Assembly (NCBI GenBank): GCA_004556155.1
Contig: SFIM01000050.1
Location: 1-14,727 of the forward strand
Source of the DNA: Clostridiales bacterium
Lineage (GTDB): Bacteria; Bacillota; Clostridia; Christensenellales; Aristaeellaceae
Direction of reading: 5' to 3'
DNA: 14,727 nt
Below, one piece after another: positions 7,255-14,727 of the stretch. Numbering within the stretch: the first letter of the stretch is position 1; each line of letters begins with the position of its first letter. Below the pieces are notes generated by a model, which was given only the letters and a program-made list of their open reading frames with translations, had not been told where the DNA came from and did not search any database. Position numbers and translations under genes: made by a program.

Positions 7255-7283
7255 TTGATTGATCGCAATATTTGTTGTAATAT
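7255..7283 (+). promoter_or_regulatory. Sigma-A promoter of the two-component operon
   Basis: TTGATT (7255-7260), a 17-nt spacer, then TAATAT (7278-7283), about 45 bp upstream of the response regulator start. Confidence 0.55.
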
Positions 7284-7326
7284 ATTATAGGTATAGCATT
7301 GCGGTACATCCGATACGCAGGAAGGA

Positions 7327-8028
7327 TTGATTTCGGTGGCAAAACGTATTTTGTTGGTAGATGACGAGCCCCTTATTATCAAGGGTCTGAAATATACCCT
7401 GGAGCAGGAGGGCTACGAGACCCTGGCCGCCTATGACGGCGAGGAGGCGCTCGAGGTGTTTTTTGCCAACACCGTGGATCTGGTGCTGCTGGACGTCATG
7501 CTGCCCAAGCTCGACGGCATTCAGGTGTGCCAGCGCATCCGCGAGTCCAGCAACGTGCCCATTATCATGCTCACCGCCAAGGGCGAGGATATGGATAAGA
7601 TTCTGGGCCTGGAATATGGCGCGGATGATTATATGACCAAGCCTTTTAATATCCTGGAGGTCAAGGCGCGGATTAAAACCATCCTGCGCCGCGCCAGCCA
7701 GCCCGTCGCCGCGGAAAAGAAAAAGATCATCCGCGTGCGCGATCTGGAGGTCAATATTGTCAACCGCTCCGTCACCCTGGGTGGTAAGGAAGTGCGCCTG
7801 ACCGCCAAGGAATTTGATCTTTTGCAGCTGTTTATCAACAATCGCGGCAAGGTGTTCAGCCGCGAAGCCATGCTGGAAACGGTGTGGAAGTACGATTATA
7901 TGGGCGACGCCCGCACGGTAGACGTGCATATCCGCCGCCTGCGCGAAAAGATCGAGCGCAACACCTCGCAGCCTGAGTTCATTTTCACCAAGTGGGGAGT
8001 GGGCTACTATTTTACTGATAAGGACTGA
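7327..8028 (+). CDS. OmpR/PhoB-family response regulator (receiver + winged-helix DNA-binding domain)
   Basis: The receiver motifs are ILLVDDE and DLVLLDVMLPKLDG, with TAKG..D...GADDYMTKPF. The C-terminal wHTH is RLTAKEFDLLQLF...VDVHIRRLREKIE...WGVGY. The GGAAGGA RBS abuts the TTG at 7327, so the GTG at 7336 (VAKRILLV) is the more likely true start. Confidence 0.92.
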   Translation: MISVAKRILLVDDEPLIIKGLKYTLEQEGYETLAAYDGEEALEVFFANTVDLVLLDVMLPKLDGIQVCQRIRESSNVPIIMLTAKGEDMDKILGLEYGADDYMTKPFNILEVKARIKTILRRASQPVAAEKKKIIRVRDLEVNIVNRSVTLGGKEVRLTAKEFDLLQLFINNRGKVFSREAMLETVWKYDYMGDARTVDVHIRRLREKIERNTSQPEFIFTKWGVGYYFTDKD

Positions 8029-8080
8029 CAACAAGGTATTCAGCCTTCGCTGGCAGATTATCCTGGCGTTCCTGCTCATT

Positions 8081-9487
8081 GTGGGTCTGTCCTTTTCCGT
8101 TATGGCAAATTCGCTCACCAATATGGTGGGCGAATATCTCTTTGAGCAGCGTATTCGCACGGACAGTGCCAGCATCGAAAGCCTGGCTGTGCGCATCGCC
8201 CCCCTGCTTGCCAAGGGGGATACGCAGGAGCTGTACACCCAGCTGTCCACCGCGGGCGGCGAATTGGGCGGCCGGCTGCTGGTGCTGGATAAATACGGCA
8301 AGGTGCAGGTGGATACCTATTCCGCGCTCAACGGCACCCGGGTGGATTATCCCGAGGTAGCCAGCATTCTGGTGCGCGGAGATATGGCTGATTACGGTGT
8401 GCACTCGCTCAACAGTGACGGCGAAATCACAAAGAAAACGCCGTTCCTGTTTTCCAATGCCGCCGAGTCCACCTGGGTGGGCTACTGCACCGCCGGCGTG
8501 ATTCAGCAGGCGGATATTATCGGCGTTCTGATGCTGGCCTCACCCGTGCAGACCATGATGCAGAACCTCTATGAGCTGCGCGATCAGATGGTGCTGCTGT
8601 TCCTGGTGGTGGCGGCTTTCGCCGTGGTATTCAGCCTGGTTTTCTCGCAGATTATCACCAAGCCCATTTCAGCCCTGACAAAGGGTATTCAGACCATGGC
8701 GCGCGGCGATTTTTCCACCCGCGTCAAGGTGCGCGGCTCGGGCGAAATGCGCCGCCTGGCGCGCACGTTCAACAGTATGAGCGAAAAGATCGAATCGCTC
8801 GATCAGGCGCGCAACCAGTTTGTATCAAATGCCAGCCATGAGTTGAAAACCCCGCTGGCTACGATGAAAATCCTGATTGAATCGCTGATCTATCAGCCTG
8901 AAATGGAAACGGGGCTGCGGACGGAATTTTTGAGCGATATCAACCGCGAAATCGACCGGCTGTCCTCCATCGTGACCGACCTTTTGACGCTGGTGCGCAT
9001 GGATGTGAAGGACGTCAAGCTCTCCCGCGAGAACATGAGCCTGGCGGAGTTGGTCAAGGATACCGAGCATCTGCTCAAGCCCATGGCCGAAAAGCGCCAT
9101 CAGACGCTGGTGCTCTCCCTGCAGGATGAATGCGATATGTACGCCGACCGCACCAAGCTGCAGCAGGTGGTCTATAACCTGATGGAAAACGCTTTCAAGT
9201 ATACCCAGGATGGCGGCAAAGTGACGGTCACGCTGCAAAAATCAGGGCGCGACGCGGTGCTCAAGGTCAAAGACAACGGCCCCGGTATTGCCGCCGAGCA
9301 TCTGCCGCACATCTTTGATCGTTTCTACCGCGTGGATAAGGCGCGCAGCCGCGAGGCGGGCGGCACCGGCCTGGGACTGGCCATTGTGCATCAGCTGGTG
9401 ATGCTGCATGGCGGCGAAATCCATGTGGAAAGCGAAGTAGGCAAGGGCACGACCTTCACGGTGGAGCTGCCGCTGCACCAGGGGTAA
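8081..9487 (+). CDS. Sensor histidine kinase (two TM segments + HAMP + HisKA + HATPase_c)
   Basis: The HAMP region is around KPISALTKGIQTMARGDF. The H-box is SNASHELKTPLA, the N-box is YNLMENAFKYT, G1 is DNGPGI and G2 is GGTGLGLAIV. The frame is open well upstream of 8081 and encodes the missing part of TM1, so the start is uncertain (see findings). Confidence 0.9.
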   Translation: MGLSFSVMANSLTNMVGEYLFEQRIRTDSASIESLAVRIAPLLAKGDTQELYTQLSTAGGELGGRLLVLDKYGKVQVDTYSALNGTRVDYPEVASILVRGDMADYGVHSLNSDGEITKKTPFLFSNAAESTWVGYCTAGVIQQADIIGVLMLASPVQTMMQNLYELRDQMVLLFLVVAAFAVVFSLVFSQIITKPISALTKGIQTMARGDFSTRVKVRGSGEMRRLARTFNSMSEKIESLDQARNQFVSNASHELKTPLATMKILIESLIYQPEMETGLRTEFLSDINREIDRLSSIVTDLLTLVRMDVKDVKLSRENMSLAELVKDTEHLLKPMAEKRHQTLVLSLQDECDMYADRTKLQQVVYNLMENAFKYTQDGGKVTVTLQKSGRDAVLKVKDNGPGIAAEHLPHIFDRFYRVDKARSREAGGTGLGLAIVHQLVMLHGGEIHVESEVGKGTTFTVELPLHQG

Positions 9488-9493
9488 AGCAGG

Positions 9494-9967
9494 ATGGCAA
9501 ACTACATCAGGTGGCTGAGAAGCAAGCTTGGGCACGAAAAGGTAATCCTGGCTTTTGCGGGTGGATGCCTGTTTGACGAGTGCGGCCGCGTGCTTTTGCA
9601 AAAGCGCGGTGACAGTTGCATGTGGGGCTTTCCCGGCGGCGCAATCGAAATCGGCGAAACGCCGGAGCAGGCCGCAATTCGTGAACTGAAGGAAGAAACG
9701 GGGCTGGACGCTGAAGTCCAATCGCTGTTGGGCGTCTATACGGACAGCGATATGCGTTATCTCAACGGCGATCAGGCGCACAGCATCTGCATTGTATACC
9801 GCCTGAAGGCAATCGCAGGCAGTCTACGCTGCGATCAGGACGAAACCATAGACCTCAAGTATTTTGCCCTGGATGAGCTGCCGGATATGTTCTGCAAGCA
9901 GCATGAGGAGATCAAACGGGATCTGCGCAGCATCTACGCCAAAGCCGAAAGCGAATTTGAAAGATAG
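9494..9967 (+). CDS. NUDIX hydrolase
   Basis: The Nudix box [24 protein letters not shown] matches Gx5Ex7REUxEExGU. The start is 6 bp after the kinase stop, so it is probably co-transcribed. Confidence 0.88.
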   Translation: MANYIRWLRSKLGHEKVILAFAGGCLFDECGRVLLQKRGDSCMWGFPGGAIEIGETPEQAAIRELKEETGLDAEVQSLLGVYTDSDMRYLNGDQAHSICIVYRLKAIAGSLRCDQDETIDLKYFALDELPDMFCKQHEEIKRDLRSIYAKAESEFER

Positions 9968-10030
9968 AAATGCTCTTTCAGAGGAAATACAAGGACAAAG
10001 AAGACCTGCAAGGGATGCGCGATTGCGTGC

Positions 10031-10159
10031 ATGATGTCGTTGCTCGGCCTGGCTTCCTTCCTTGGCGGAATCAAGCCGGTCAATATCGGCGCGTTCGTGT
10101 TCCCGCTGCTGCTGGCAGCGGCGGCCTTTATCCTTTATAAAAAGAAAGAGAACGAATAA
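10031..10159 (+). CDS. Possible 42-aa small membrane protein
   Basis: MMSLLGLASFLGGIKPVNIGAFVFPLLLAAAAFILYKKKENE has one or two hydrophobic helices and a basic tail. Third codon positions are GC-rich like the neighbouring genes. No well-spaced RBS is present. It is in the same frame as the NUDIX gene, 21 codons past its TAG stop. Confidence 0.4.
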   Translation: MMSLLGLASFLGGIKPVNIGAFVFPLLLAAAAFILYKKKENE

Positions 10160-10178
10160 GGCCTGCATAGCGAAAAAT

Positions 10179-10207
10179 AGCCGCTCCGTTTGAATGACGG
10201 GGCGGCT
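10179..10207. repeat. 29-bp hairpin repeat, copy 1 (AGCCGCTCCGT-TTGAATG-ACGGGGCGGCT)
   Basis: It has an 11-bp stem (one G-U). It is identical to 10387-10415. The T-run lies only on the minus-strand side (the plus strand reads CGAAAAAT just before it). Confidence 0.7.
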
Positions 10208-10246
10208 CAGATTGTCAAAAAAGTCTCGCTTAAGCTCCTGGGATGC

Positions 10247-10270
10247 ATGAAGGGGCCGCAGCCCCTTCAT
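10247..10270. repeat. GC-rich hairpin
   Basis: ATGAAGGGGC-CGCA-GCCCCTTCAT forms a perfect 10-bp stem with no flanking T-run. Confidence 0.5.
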
Positions 10271-10320
10271 ATATAATCCGCAGCAGCGACATGCGCGGTG
10301 CGAGGAAGAAAATGACGTTC

Positions 10321-10386
10321 CCGATGCAAGTCTGCTTTAGCTGACTTGCATCGGCAGGCTGTCGAAAAAGGTTTTTCGACAGCCTG
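10321..10386. repeat. Two abutting perfect hairpins
   Basis: CCGATGCAAGTC-N10-GACTTGCATCGG (10321-10354, 12 bp) is followed immediately by CAGGCTGTCGAAAAA-GG-TTTTTCGACAGCCTG (10355-10386, 15-bp arms). Confidence 0.65.
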
Positions 10387-10432
10387 AGCCGCTCCGTTTG
10401 AATGACGGGGCGGCTTTGCTGTTTGTTTATCG
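10387..10432. terminator. 29-bp hairpin repeat, copy 2, plus T-rich tail; terminator shared by the plus-strand operon and uvrB
   Basis: The same 29-bp hairpin as 10179-10207 occupies 10387-10415. It is followed on the plus strand by TTGCTGTTTGTTTATCG and begins 11 bp past the uvrB stop on the minus strand. Confidence 0.6.
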
Positions 10433-12433
10433 TTTTACGCGGCGCTTTCTGCGCGTGGGCTGGGGCTTGTCCACGGGGGCCTTGCCCTTTAATTCAAATA
10501 GCTGATCGCGCAGCTTGGCAGCCTTTTCAAAGTCCAGGCTGTTGGCGGCGTCCAGCATCTGATCCTCCAGCTGCTGCATCAGCATGGCGCGCTCGTCCTC
10601 GTCCATGGCGCGGCTGCGCGGATCGGCTTCGGCCTTATCGGTGATCTCAATCAGCGCGCGCACGGCGTTCTGCACCGATTGCGGGGTGATGCCGTGCTGC
10701 TGGTTGTAGGCCTCCTGAATGGCGCGGCGGCGGTTGGTCTCATTGATGGCGCGAGCCATGCTGTCGGTCAGCACGTCGGCATACATCAGCACGCGGCCCT
10801 GAGCGTTGCGCGCGGCGCGGCCGATAGTCTGCACCAGGCTGGTTTCGGAGCGCAGAAAGCCCTCCTTGTCCGCATCCAGAATGGCTACCAGCGATACCTC
10901 GGGAATGTCCAGACCCTCGCGCAGCAGGTTAATGCCCACCAGCACATCGTATTGTCCCAGGCGCAGATCGCGGATCAGCTGCATGCGCTCCATCGTTTGG
11001 ATATCGCTGTGCAGATAGCGCACGCGGATGCCGCTTTCGTGCAGGTATTCGGTCAGGCTTTCAGCCATCTTTTTAGTCAGGGTGGTGACGAGCACGCGCT
11101 CCTTTTTGGCGATGGTTTCGTTGATTTCGCCCAGCAGGTCGTCCACCTGCCCGGTGGCGGGGCGCACGATGATCCTGGGATCCAGCAGTCCCGTGGGGCG
11201 GATGAGCTGCTCCACCGTCTGCAACGAATGCTCGGCCTCGTAGGGGCCGGGCGTGGCCGATACGAACACCGTTTGCCCAATGCGCGCCTCAAATTCGTCA
11301 AACCGCAGCGGGCGGTTATCATAGGCGGAGGGCAGGCGGAAGCCGTAATCCACCAGCGCGGTCTTGCGCGCGCGGTCGCCCGCGTACATGGCGCGAATCT
11401 GAGGAATGGTCTGGTGGCTTTCGTCAATGAATACGATAAAATCCTTCGGAAAATAATCCAGCAGCGAAAAAGGCGGATCGCCGGGCTGGCGGCCGTCAAA
11501 GTAGCGGCTGTAGTTTTCAATGCCTGTGCAGAAGCCGATTTCACGCAGCATTTCAATATCGTAGCGGGTGCGCTGAGCGATGCGCTCGGCCTCCAGCAGC
11601 TTTCCTTCGGCCTCAAACTTGGCCACCTGCGCCTTGAGATCCTGCTCGATCACCTGGATGTTCTTTTCGCGCTCGACGGCGTTGGTGGCGTAGTGCGTGG
11701 CCGGGTAGATGGCAATGTGCTGCAGGGTGTGCGCGGCCTTGCCAGTGACGGGCGAAAACTCCGAAATGCGCTCGATTTCATCGCCAAAGTATTCCACCCG
11801 GATGGCCAGCTCCTGCATGTTGGCGGGCATGATTTCCACAATATCGCCGCGCACGCGGAAGGTGGAGCGGCCAAAGGAGATATCGTTGCGCGCAAACTGG
11901 ATTTCCACCAGCCTGCGCAGCAGCTCGTCCAGCGGCAGCGTCATGCCAGGGCGCAGCGAAATCATCTGCCCGGCGTATTCGCTGGGGTCGCCCATGGAAT
12001 AGATGCAGCTGACCGACGCCACAATAATCACATCCCGGCGCTCCTGCAGGGCGGCGGTGGCGCTGTGGCGCAGGCGGTCAATTTCATCGTTGACCGACGA
12101 ATCCTTTTCAATGTAGGTATCGGTGGAGGCGATGTAAGCTTCCGGCTGGTAATAATCGTAGTAGGATACAAAGTATTCCACCGCGCTGTCGGGGAAAAAC
12201 GCTTTGAATTCAGAGCACAGCTGGGCGGCCAACGTTTTATTGTGGGCGATTACCAGCGTTGGGCGCTGCACGCGCTCGATGACCGAGGCCATGGTAAACG
12301 TCTTGCCTGAGCCTGTTACGCCCAGCAGCGTCTGCGCCTTGAGCCCCTTTTCAAAGCCCTCCGCCAGGGCGGCGATGGCCTGCGGCTGATCACCCTGTGC
12401 GACGTAGGGCGCTTTTAAAACAAACTTTCCCAT
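10427..12433 (-). CDS. uvrB: Excinuclease ABC subunit B
   Basis: The protein is colinear with UvrB: [17 protein letters not shown], Walker [11 protein letters not shown], helicase motifs, and a C-terminal UVR domain ([18 protein letters not shown]). The start at 12433 has a GAAGGAG RBS. The 38-codon upstream extension in the ORF track is not UvrB-like. Confidence 0.95.
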   Translation of the reverse strand: MGKFVLKAPYVAQGDQPQAIAALAEGFEKGLKAQTLLGVTGSGKTFTMASVIERVQRPTLVIAHNKTLAAQLCSEFKAFFPDSAVEYFVSYYDYYQPEAYIASTDTYIEKDSSVNDEIDRLRHSATAALQERRDVIIVASVSCIYSMGDPSEYAGQMISLRPGMTLPLDELLRRLVEIQFARNDISFGRSTFRVRGDIVEIMPANMQELAIRVEYFGDEIERISEFSPVTGKAAHTLQHIAIYPATHYATNAVEREKNIQVIEQDLKAQVAKFEAEGKLLEAERIAQRTRYDIEMLREIGFCTGIENYSRYFDGRQPGDPPFSLLDYFPKDFIVFIDESHQTIPQIRAMYAGDRARKTALVDYGFRLPSAYDNRPLRFDEFEARIGQTVFVSATPGPYEAEHSLQTVEQLIRPTGLLDPRIIVRPATGQVDDLLGEINETIAKKERVLVTTLTKKMAESLTEYLHESGIRVRYLHSDIQTMERMQLIRDLRLGQYDVLVGINLLREGLDIPEVSLVAILDADKEGFLRSETSLVQTIGRAARNAQGRVLMYADVLTDSMARAINETNRRRAIQEAYNQQHGITPQSVQNAVRALIEITDKAEADPRSRAMDEDERAMLMQQLEDQMLDAANSLDFEKAAKLRDQLFELKGKAPVDKPQPTRRKRRVKR

Positions 12434-12449
12434 GAAGGCTCCTTCAAAA

Positions 12450-12465
12450 CAGAATGTATATTCGC
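12450..12465 (-). promoter_or_regulatory. Possible degenerate LexA (Cheo-type SOS) box in the uvrB leader
   Basis: The minus strand reads GCGAATATACATTCTG. The palindrome GAAT-N4-ATTC compares with the Firmicute consensus CGAAC-N4-GTTCG, matching about 10 of 14 positions. It sits between the -10 and the RBS. Confidence 0.35.
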
Positions 12466-12469
12466 ATTT

Positions 12470-12498
12470 ATTGTACCACTGTTTGCAGCATTTGCCAA
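12470..12498 (-). promoter_or_regulatory. Sigma-A promoter of uvrB
   Basis: The minus strand reads TTGGCA (12498-12493), a 17-nt spacer, then TGgTACAAT (-10 at 12475-12470). Confidence 0.6.
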
Positions 12499-12675
12499 GC
12501 AAAAAGATTTGCCATGGCTGCGCGGGGCAAATCGCGGCTATTCGCACGTTTGCCTGCCTAAAATCGGCTTGGAAACGGTGCTTTCAGGCTTTTTGACGAG
12601 GCATGCCAAAGAAATTGCGGCGCACAATGATGCGTGCCGGGATCAAGCCGGCAATGCAATTGGAGGTGCGCAATC

Positions 12676-13926
12676 ATGCCGGTGTATACCATCAGACATT
12701 CTCCTGCGCTGCATGGCGAAGCGCAGATCAATACGTCGAAAAACGCGGTGCTGCCCATCCTGGCCGCGGCGCTGCTGTGCTCCTCGCCGGTGACCATCCA
12801 TCGCGCGCCAAGGCTTACCGATGTGGATCACATGCTGCGCGTGCTCACGGACTGCGGCGCGCGCATCGGGCGGCAGGATCGGGATATCACCATCTATCCC
12901 GCCGCGCTGCGCCAGCCGCGGGAGCCGCAGAACCTGCACAGCCTGCGCGCGTCCATCCTGGTGCTGGGGCCGCTGTGCGTGCGGCTGGGCGAGGCGATTG
13001 TGCCGCTGCCGGGCGGCTGCGCCATTGGCCAGCGTCCGGTGGATATCCACCTGAACGGCCTGCGCGCGATGGGCGCGGAAACCGAGCAGGCGGATAACTG
13101 CGCCGTGGCCAGGGGCCGCCTGCGCGGGGCCAACATCTATCTGGACTTTCCCAGCGTCGGCGCAACGGAAAACCTGCTGATGGCCGCCGCTCTGGCCGAT
13201 GGGGTGACGCGCATTGAAAACGCGGCCAAGGAGCCGGAGATCGTAGATCTGGCGGATTTCCTGAACCTTGCCGGCGCGCACATCGTGGGAGCAGGCACGG
13301 GCACGCTGGTGATCGAGGGCGTATCGCGCCTGAGCGGCGTGGAGTATACGCCCATTGCCGACCGCATCGAGGCGGGCACGCTGGCCTGCGCGGCGGCCAT
13401 TACCAAGGGCAGCATGCTGCTGTGCGGCGTGCATGGCGAGCATCTGCGGGCCCTGCTGTTTAAGCTGCGCGAGATGGGCCTGCTGGTGCAGGAGGATGCG
13501 CGCGGTCTGTGCCTGCGCGGCCAGGTGCGCCATGGGGCGGATATCCGCACGCTGTCCTATCCGGGGTTTCCCACTGATTTGCAGGCCCCGATGATGACGG
13601 TTGCCTGCGCGGCGCGCGGGCGCAGCGTGTTCCTGGAAACGATTTTTGAAAATCGCTACATGCACGCCATTTCGCTGTGCCGCATGGGCGCGGATATCCG
13701 CACCGAGGGCCGCATGGCTGTGGTGGAGGGCGGCAGGCCGCTCAGCGGCGCGGTGGTGGAGGCAACCGATCTGCGCGCCGGGGCGGCGCTGATGCTGGCG
13801 GGACTGATTGCCCAGGGGGAAACGACGCTGCTGGACGAGCCGGGGCACATCTGCCGAGGCTATGAGGGGCTGGATGAAAAGCTGCGTGCGCTGGGCGCAG
13901 ATGTTACAATTGCGCCCCTTCATTGA
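12676..13926 (+). CDS. murA: UDP-N-acetylglucosamine 1-carboxyvinyltransferase
   Basis: [17 protein letters not shown] at the N-terminus, the active-site loop [13 protein letters not shown] (catalytic Cys) and [10 protein letters not shown] all match MurA. The ATG at 12676 has a GGAGGTG RBS 7 nt upstream. The track start at 12634 adds 14 non-conserved codons. Confidence 0.93.
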   Translation: MPVYTIRHSPALHGEAQINTSKNAVLPILAAALLCSSPVTIHRAPRLTDVDHMLRVLTDCGARIGRQDRDITIYPAALRQPREPQNLHSLRASILVLGPLCVRLGEAIVPLPGGCAIGQRPVDIHLNGLRAMGAETEQADNCAVARGRLRGANIYLDFPSVGATENLLMAAALADGVTRIENAAKEPEIVDLADFLNLAGAHIVGAGTGTLVIEGVSRLSGVEYTPIADRIEAGTLACAAAITKGSMLLCGVHGEHLRALLFKLREMGLLVQEDARGLCLRGQVRHGADIRTLSYPGFPTDLQAPMMTVACAARGRSVFLETIFENRYMHAISLCRMGADIRTEGRMAVVEGGRPLSGAVVEATDLRAGAALMLAGLIAQGETTLLDEPGHICRGYEGLDEKLRALGADVTIAPLH

Positions 13927-13950
13927 CAAAGCTGGGCGCGCCGTCTATAA

Positions 13951-14727
13951 TTGAAGCTACCAAAGAAGGGAGAATTATCCGCTTTGAAGCTTGTACGATG
14001 GATCCTGGTTTTGCTGCTTACCGCCGCGGCGGTGGTGATGGTGATGTCCCCGTCGCTGCTGGTGGGCGTTTTGCCCCAGGCATGGCTGGATGCGGCCAGC
14101 CTGAAGGATTTTCCGCTGCTGAAAAGCTGCACGGCGCTGGCCGGGCAGCTGATTGGCGCTGTGCGCGGCCAGGTTGCGCCGGGGCTGGCGATGGTGACGG
14201 AATCGCTGGAGGCGGATTTTTTGCAGGGGCTGCTATCGCTCCTGATGGTATCAGTGTTGACCATTCCGGTGTCGCTGATTCTGGGATTTTTGCTGTATAA
14301 GCCGCTTTATTCCGGGCCGCTTGTGCGCGGCGCACTGTACTGCTCGCTCAATCTGGTATCGGTGATGCTGGCCTGGGTGGTCTACCGGCAGGTTTATTTT
14401 CCGGTGGTTGTGCAGGGACTGATCGAGCAGAACATCACCGACCAGACCATGCAGGGCGTCGTCAGCTTTCTGACGCAGTTTTTATCCGCCGCCGCCATCG
14501 GCGCGGTGACGATTAAAATCGCCCTGGCCGTCGTGGCGGCCAAGGTGGTGCTGGGCAAGGTGGTGCTGCCGCTGATCGGCACGCTGGTGCGCACCTTTCT
14601 GTTTGCGCTGATTGTGGCGCTGCTGATGCTGCTGCAGGCGGACATCACCGCCTGGACGATCATCCTGCCGCTGATCCTGGGCGTGCTGATCGTCAGCGGC
14701 CTGAGCGACTGCGCCTTTGGATGCTGA
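13951..14727 (+). CDS. Multi-pass membrane protein of unknown function
   Basis: There are about six hydrophobic segments, for example WILVLLLTAAAVVMVM, LLMVSVLTIPVSLILGFLLY, AAIGAVTIKIALAVVAA, FLFALIVALLMLLQA and IILPLILGVLIVSGL. Third codon positions are GC-rich. The stop falls at the last bases of the window. The start is uncertain: TTG at 13951 has no RBS, while the in-frame TTG at 13984 lies 10 nt after GAAGGGAG. Confidence 0.65.
   Translation: MKLPKKGELSALKLVRWILVLLLTAAAVVMVMSPSLLVGVLPQAWLDAASLKDFPLLKSCTALAGQLIGAVRGQVAPGLAMVTESLEADFLQGLLSLLMVSVLTIPVSLILGFLLYKPLYSGPLVRGALYCSLNLVSVMLAWVVYRQVYFPVVVQGLIEQNITDQTMQGVVSFLTQFLSAAAIGAVTIKIALAVVAAKVVLGKVVLPLIGTLVRTFLFALIVALLMLLQADITAWTIILPLILGVLIVSGLSDCAFGC

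Noticed and set aside
5558-8404. Long minus-strand ORFs (5558..6601, 6770..7342, 7285..8301, 8012..8404)
   Set aside because: They are antisense to the DUF1846, response regulator and kinase genes. They have no RBS and no recognisable domains.
9824-10270. 148-aa minus-strand ORF
   Set aside because: It overlaps the NUDIX 3' end and runs through terminator-type hairpins. The opposite strand carries the more gene-like small hydrophobic ORF.
10679-12310. 543-aa ORF on the plus strand
   Set aside because: It lies entirely antisense to uvrB. It is Ala/Gly/His/Arg-rich low-complexity sequence with no motifs, which is the typical stop-poor antisense frame of GC-rich coding DNA.
12434-12547. 38-codon N-terminal extension of the uvrB ORF ([10 protein letters not shown]...)
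   Set aside because: The conserved UvrB N-terminus starts at [10 protein letters not shown] with a GAAGGAG RBS. The extension also covers the predicted promoter and SOS-like box.
12643-13929. 428-aa ORF on the minus strand, plus many 60-160-aa ORFs in 12603-13865
   Set aside because: They are antisense to, or out of frame with, murA, whose identity is unambiguous. They are Arg/Ala/Pro-rich artefacts of high GC content.

Overview
The window has three parts.

(A) 1-~3930 is an AT-richer, mosaic accessory segment. It holds a 5'-partial SGNH hydrolase gene, a triple zinc-ribbon membrane-anchored protein and a small XRE regulator. A GC-rich patch (1336-3028) sits inside it. That patch consists of the C-terminal remnant of a sugar ABC permease gene joined directly to a 5'-truncated, frameshifted IS256-family transposase whose right end looks intact.

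(B) 3369-4628 is about 1.26 kb with no credible ORF. It contains one intact tRNA-Arg(CCU) on the minus strand. It also contains two tRNA-Arg 5'-half look-alikes arranged in ~285-bp tandem modules with conserved leader hairpins. Two convergent near-consensus promoters bracket this stretch.

(C) 4629-14727 is GC-rich core DNA that looks like a Clostridia-type Firmicute (inference from protein families and composition only). The genes are:
- a PflX-like radical SAM protein
- a UPF0371/DUF1846 protein
- an OmpR-family response regulator plus HAMP histidine kinase
- a NUDIX hydrolase
- a possible 42-aa membrane peptide
- uvrB (minus strand), with a good promoter and a degenerate SOS-box-like palindrome
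- murA
- a multi-pass membrane protein

The most unusual signals are the tRNA/tRNA-like tandem modules and the hairpin cluster between the NUDIX operon and uvrB. That cluster looks like a bidirectional terminator split by a ~180-bp MITE-like insert. I saw no CRISPR array, no recognisable defence or toxin-antitoxin operon, and no integrase in the window. All coordinates and identities were derived by hand from the sequence.
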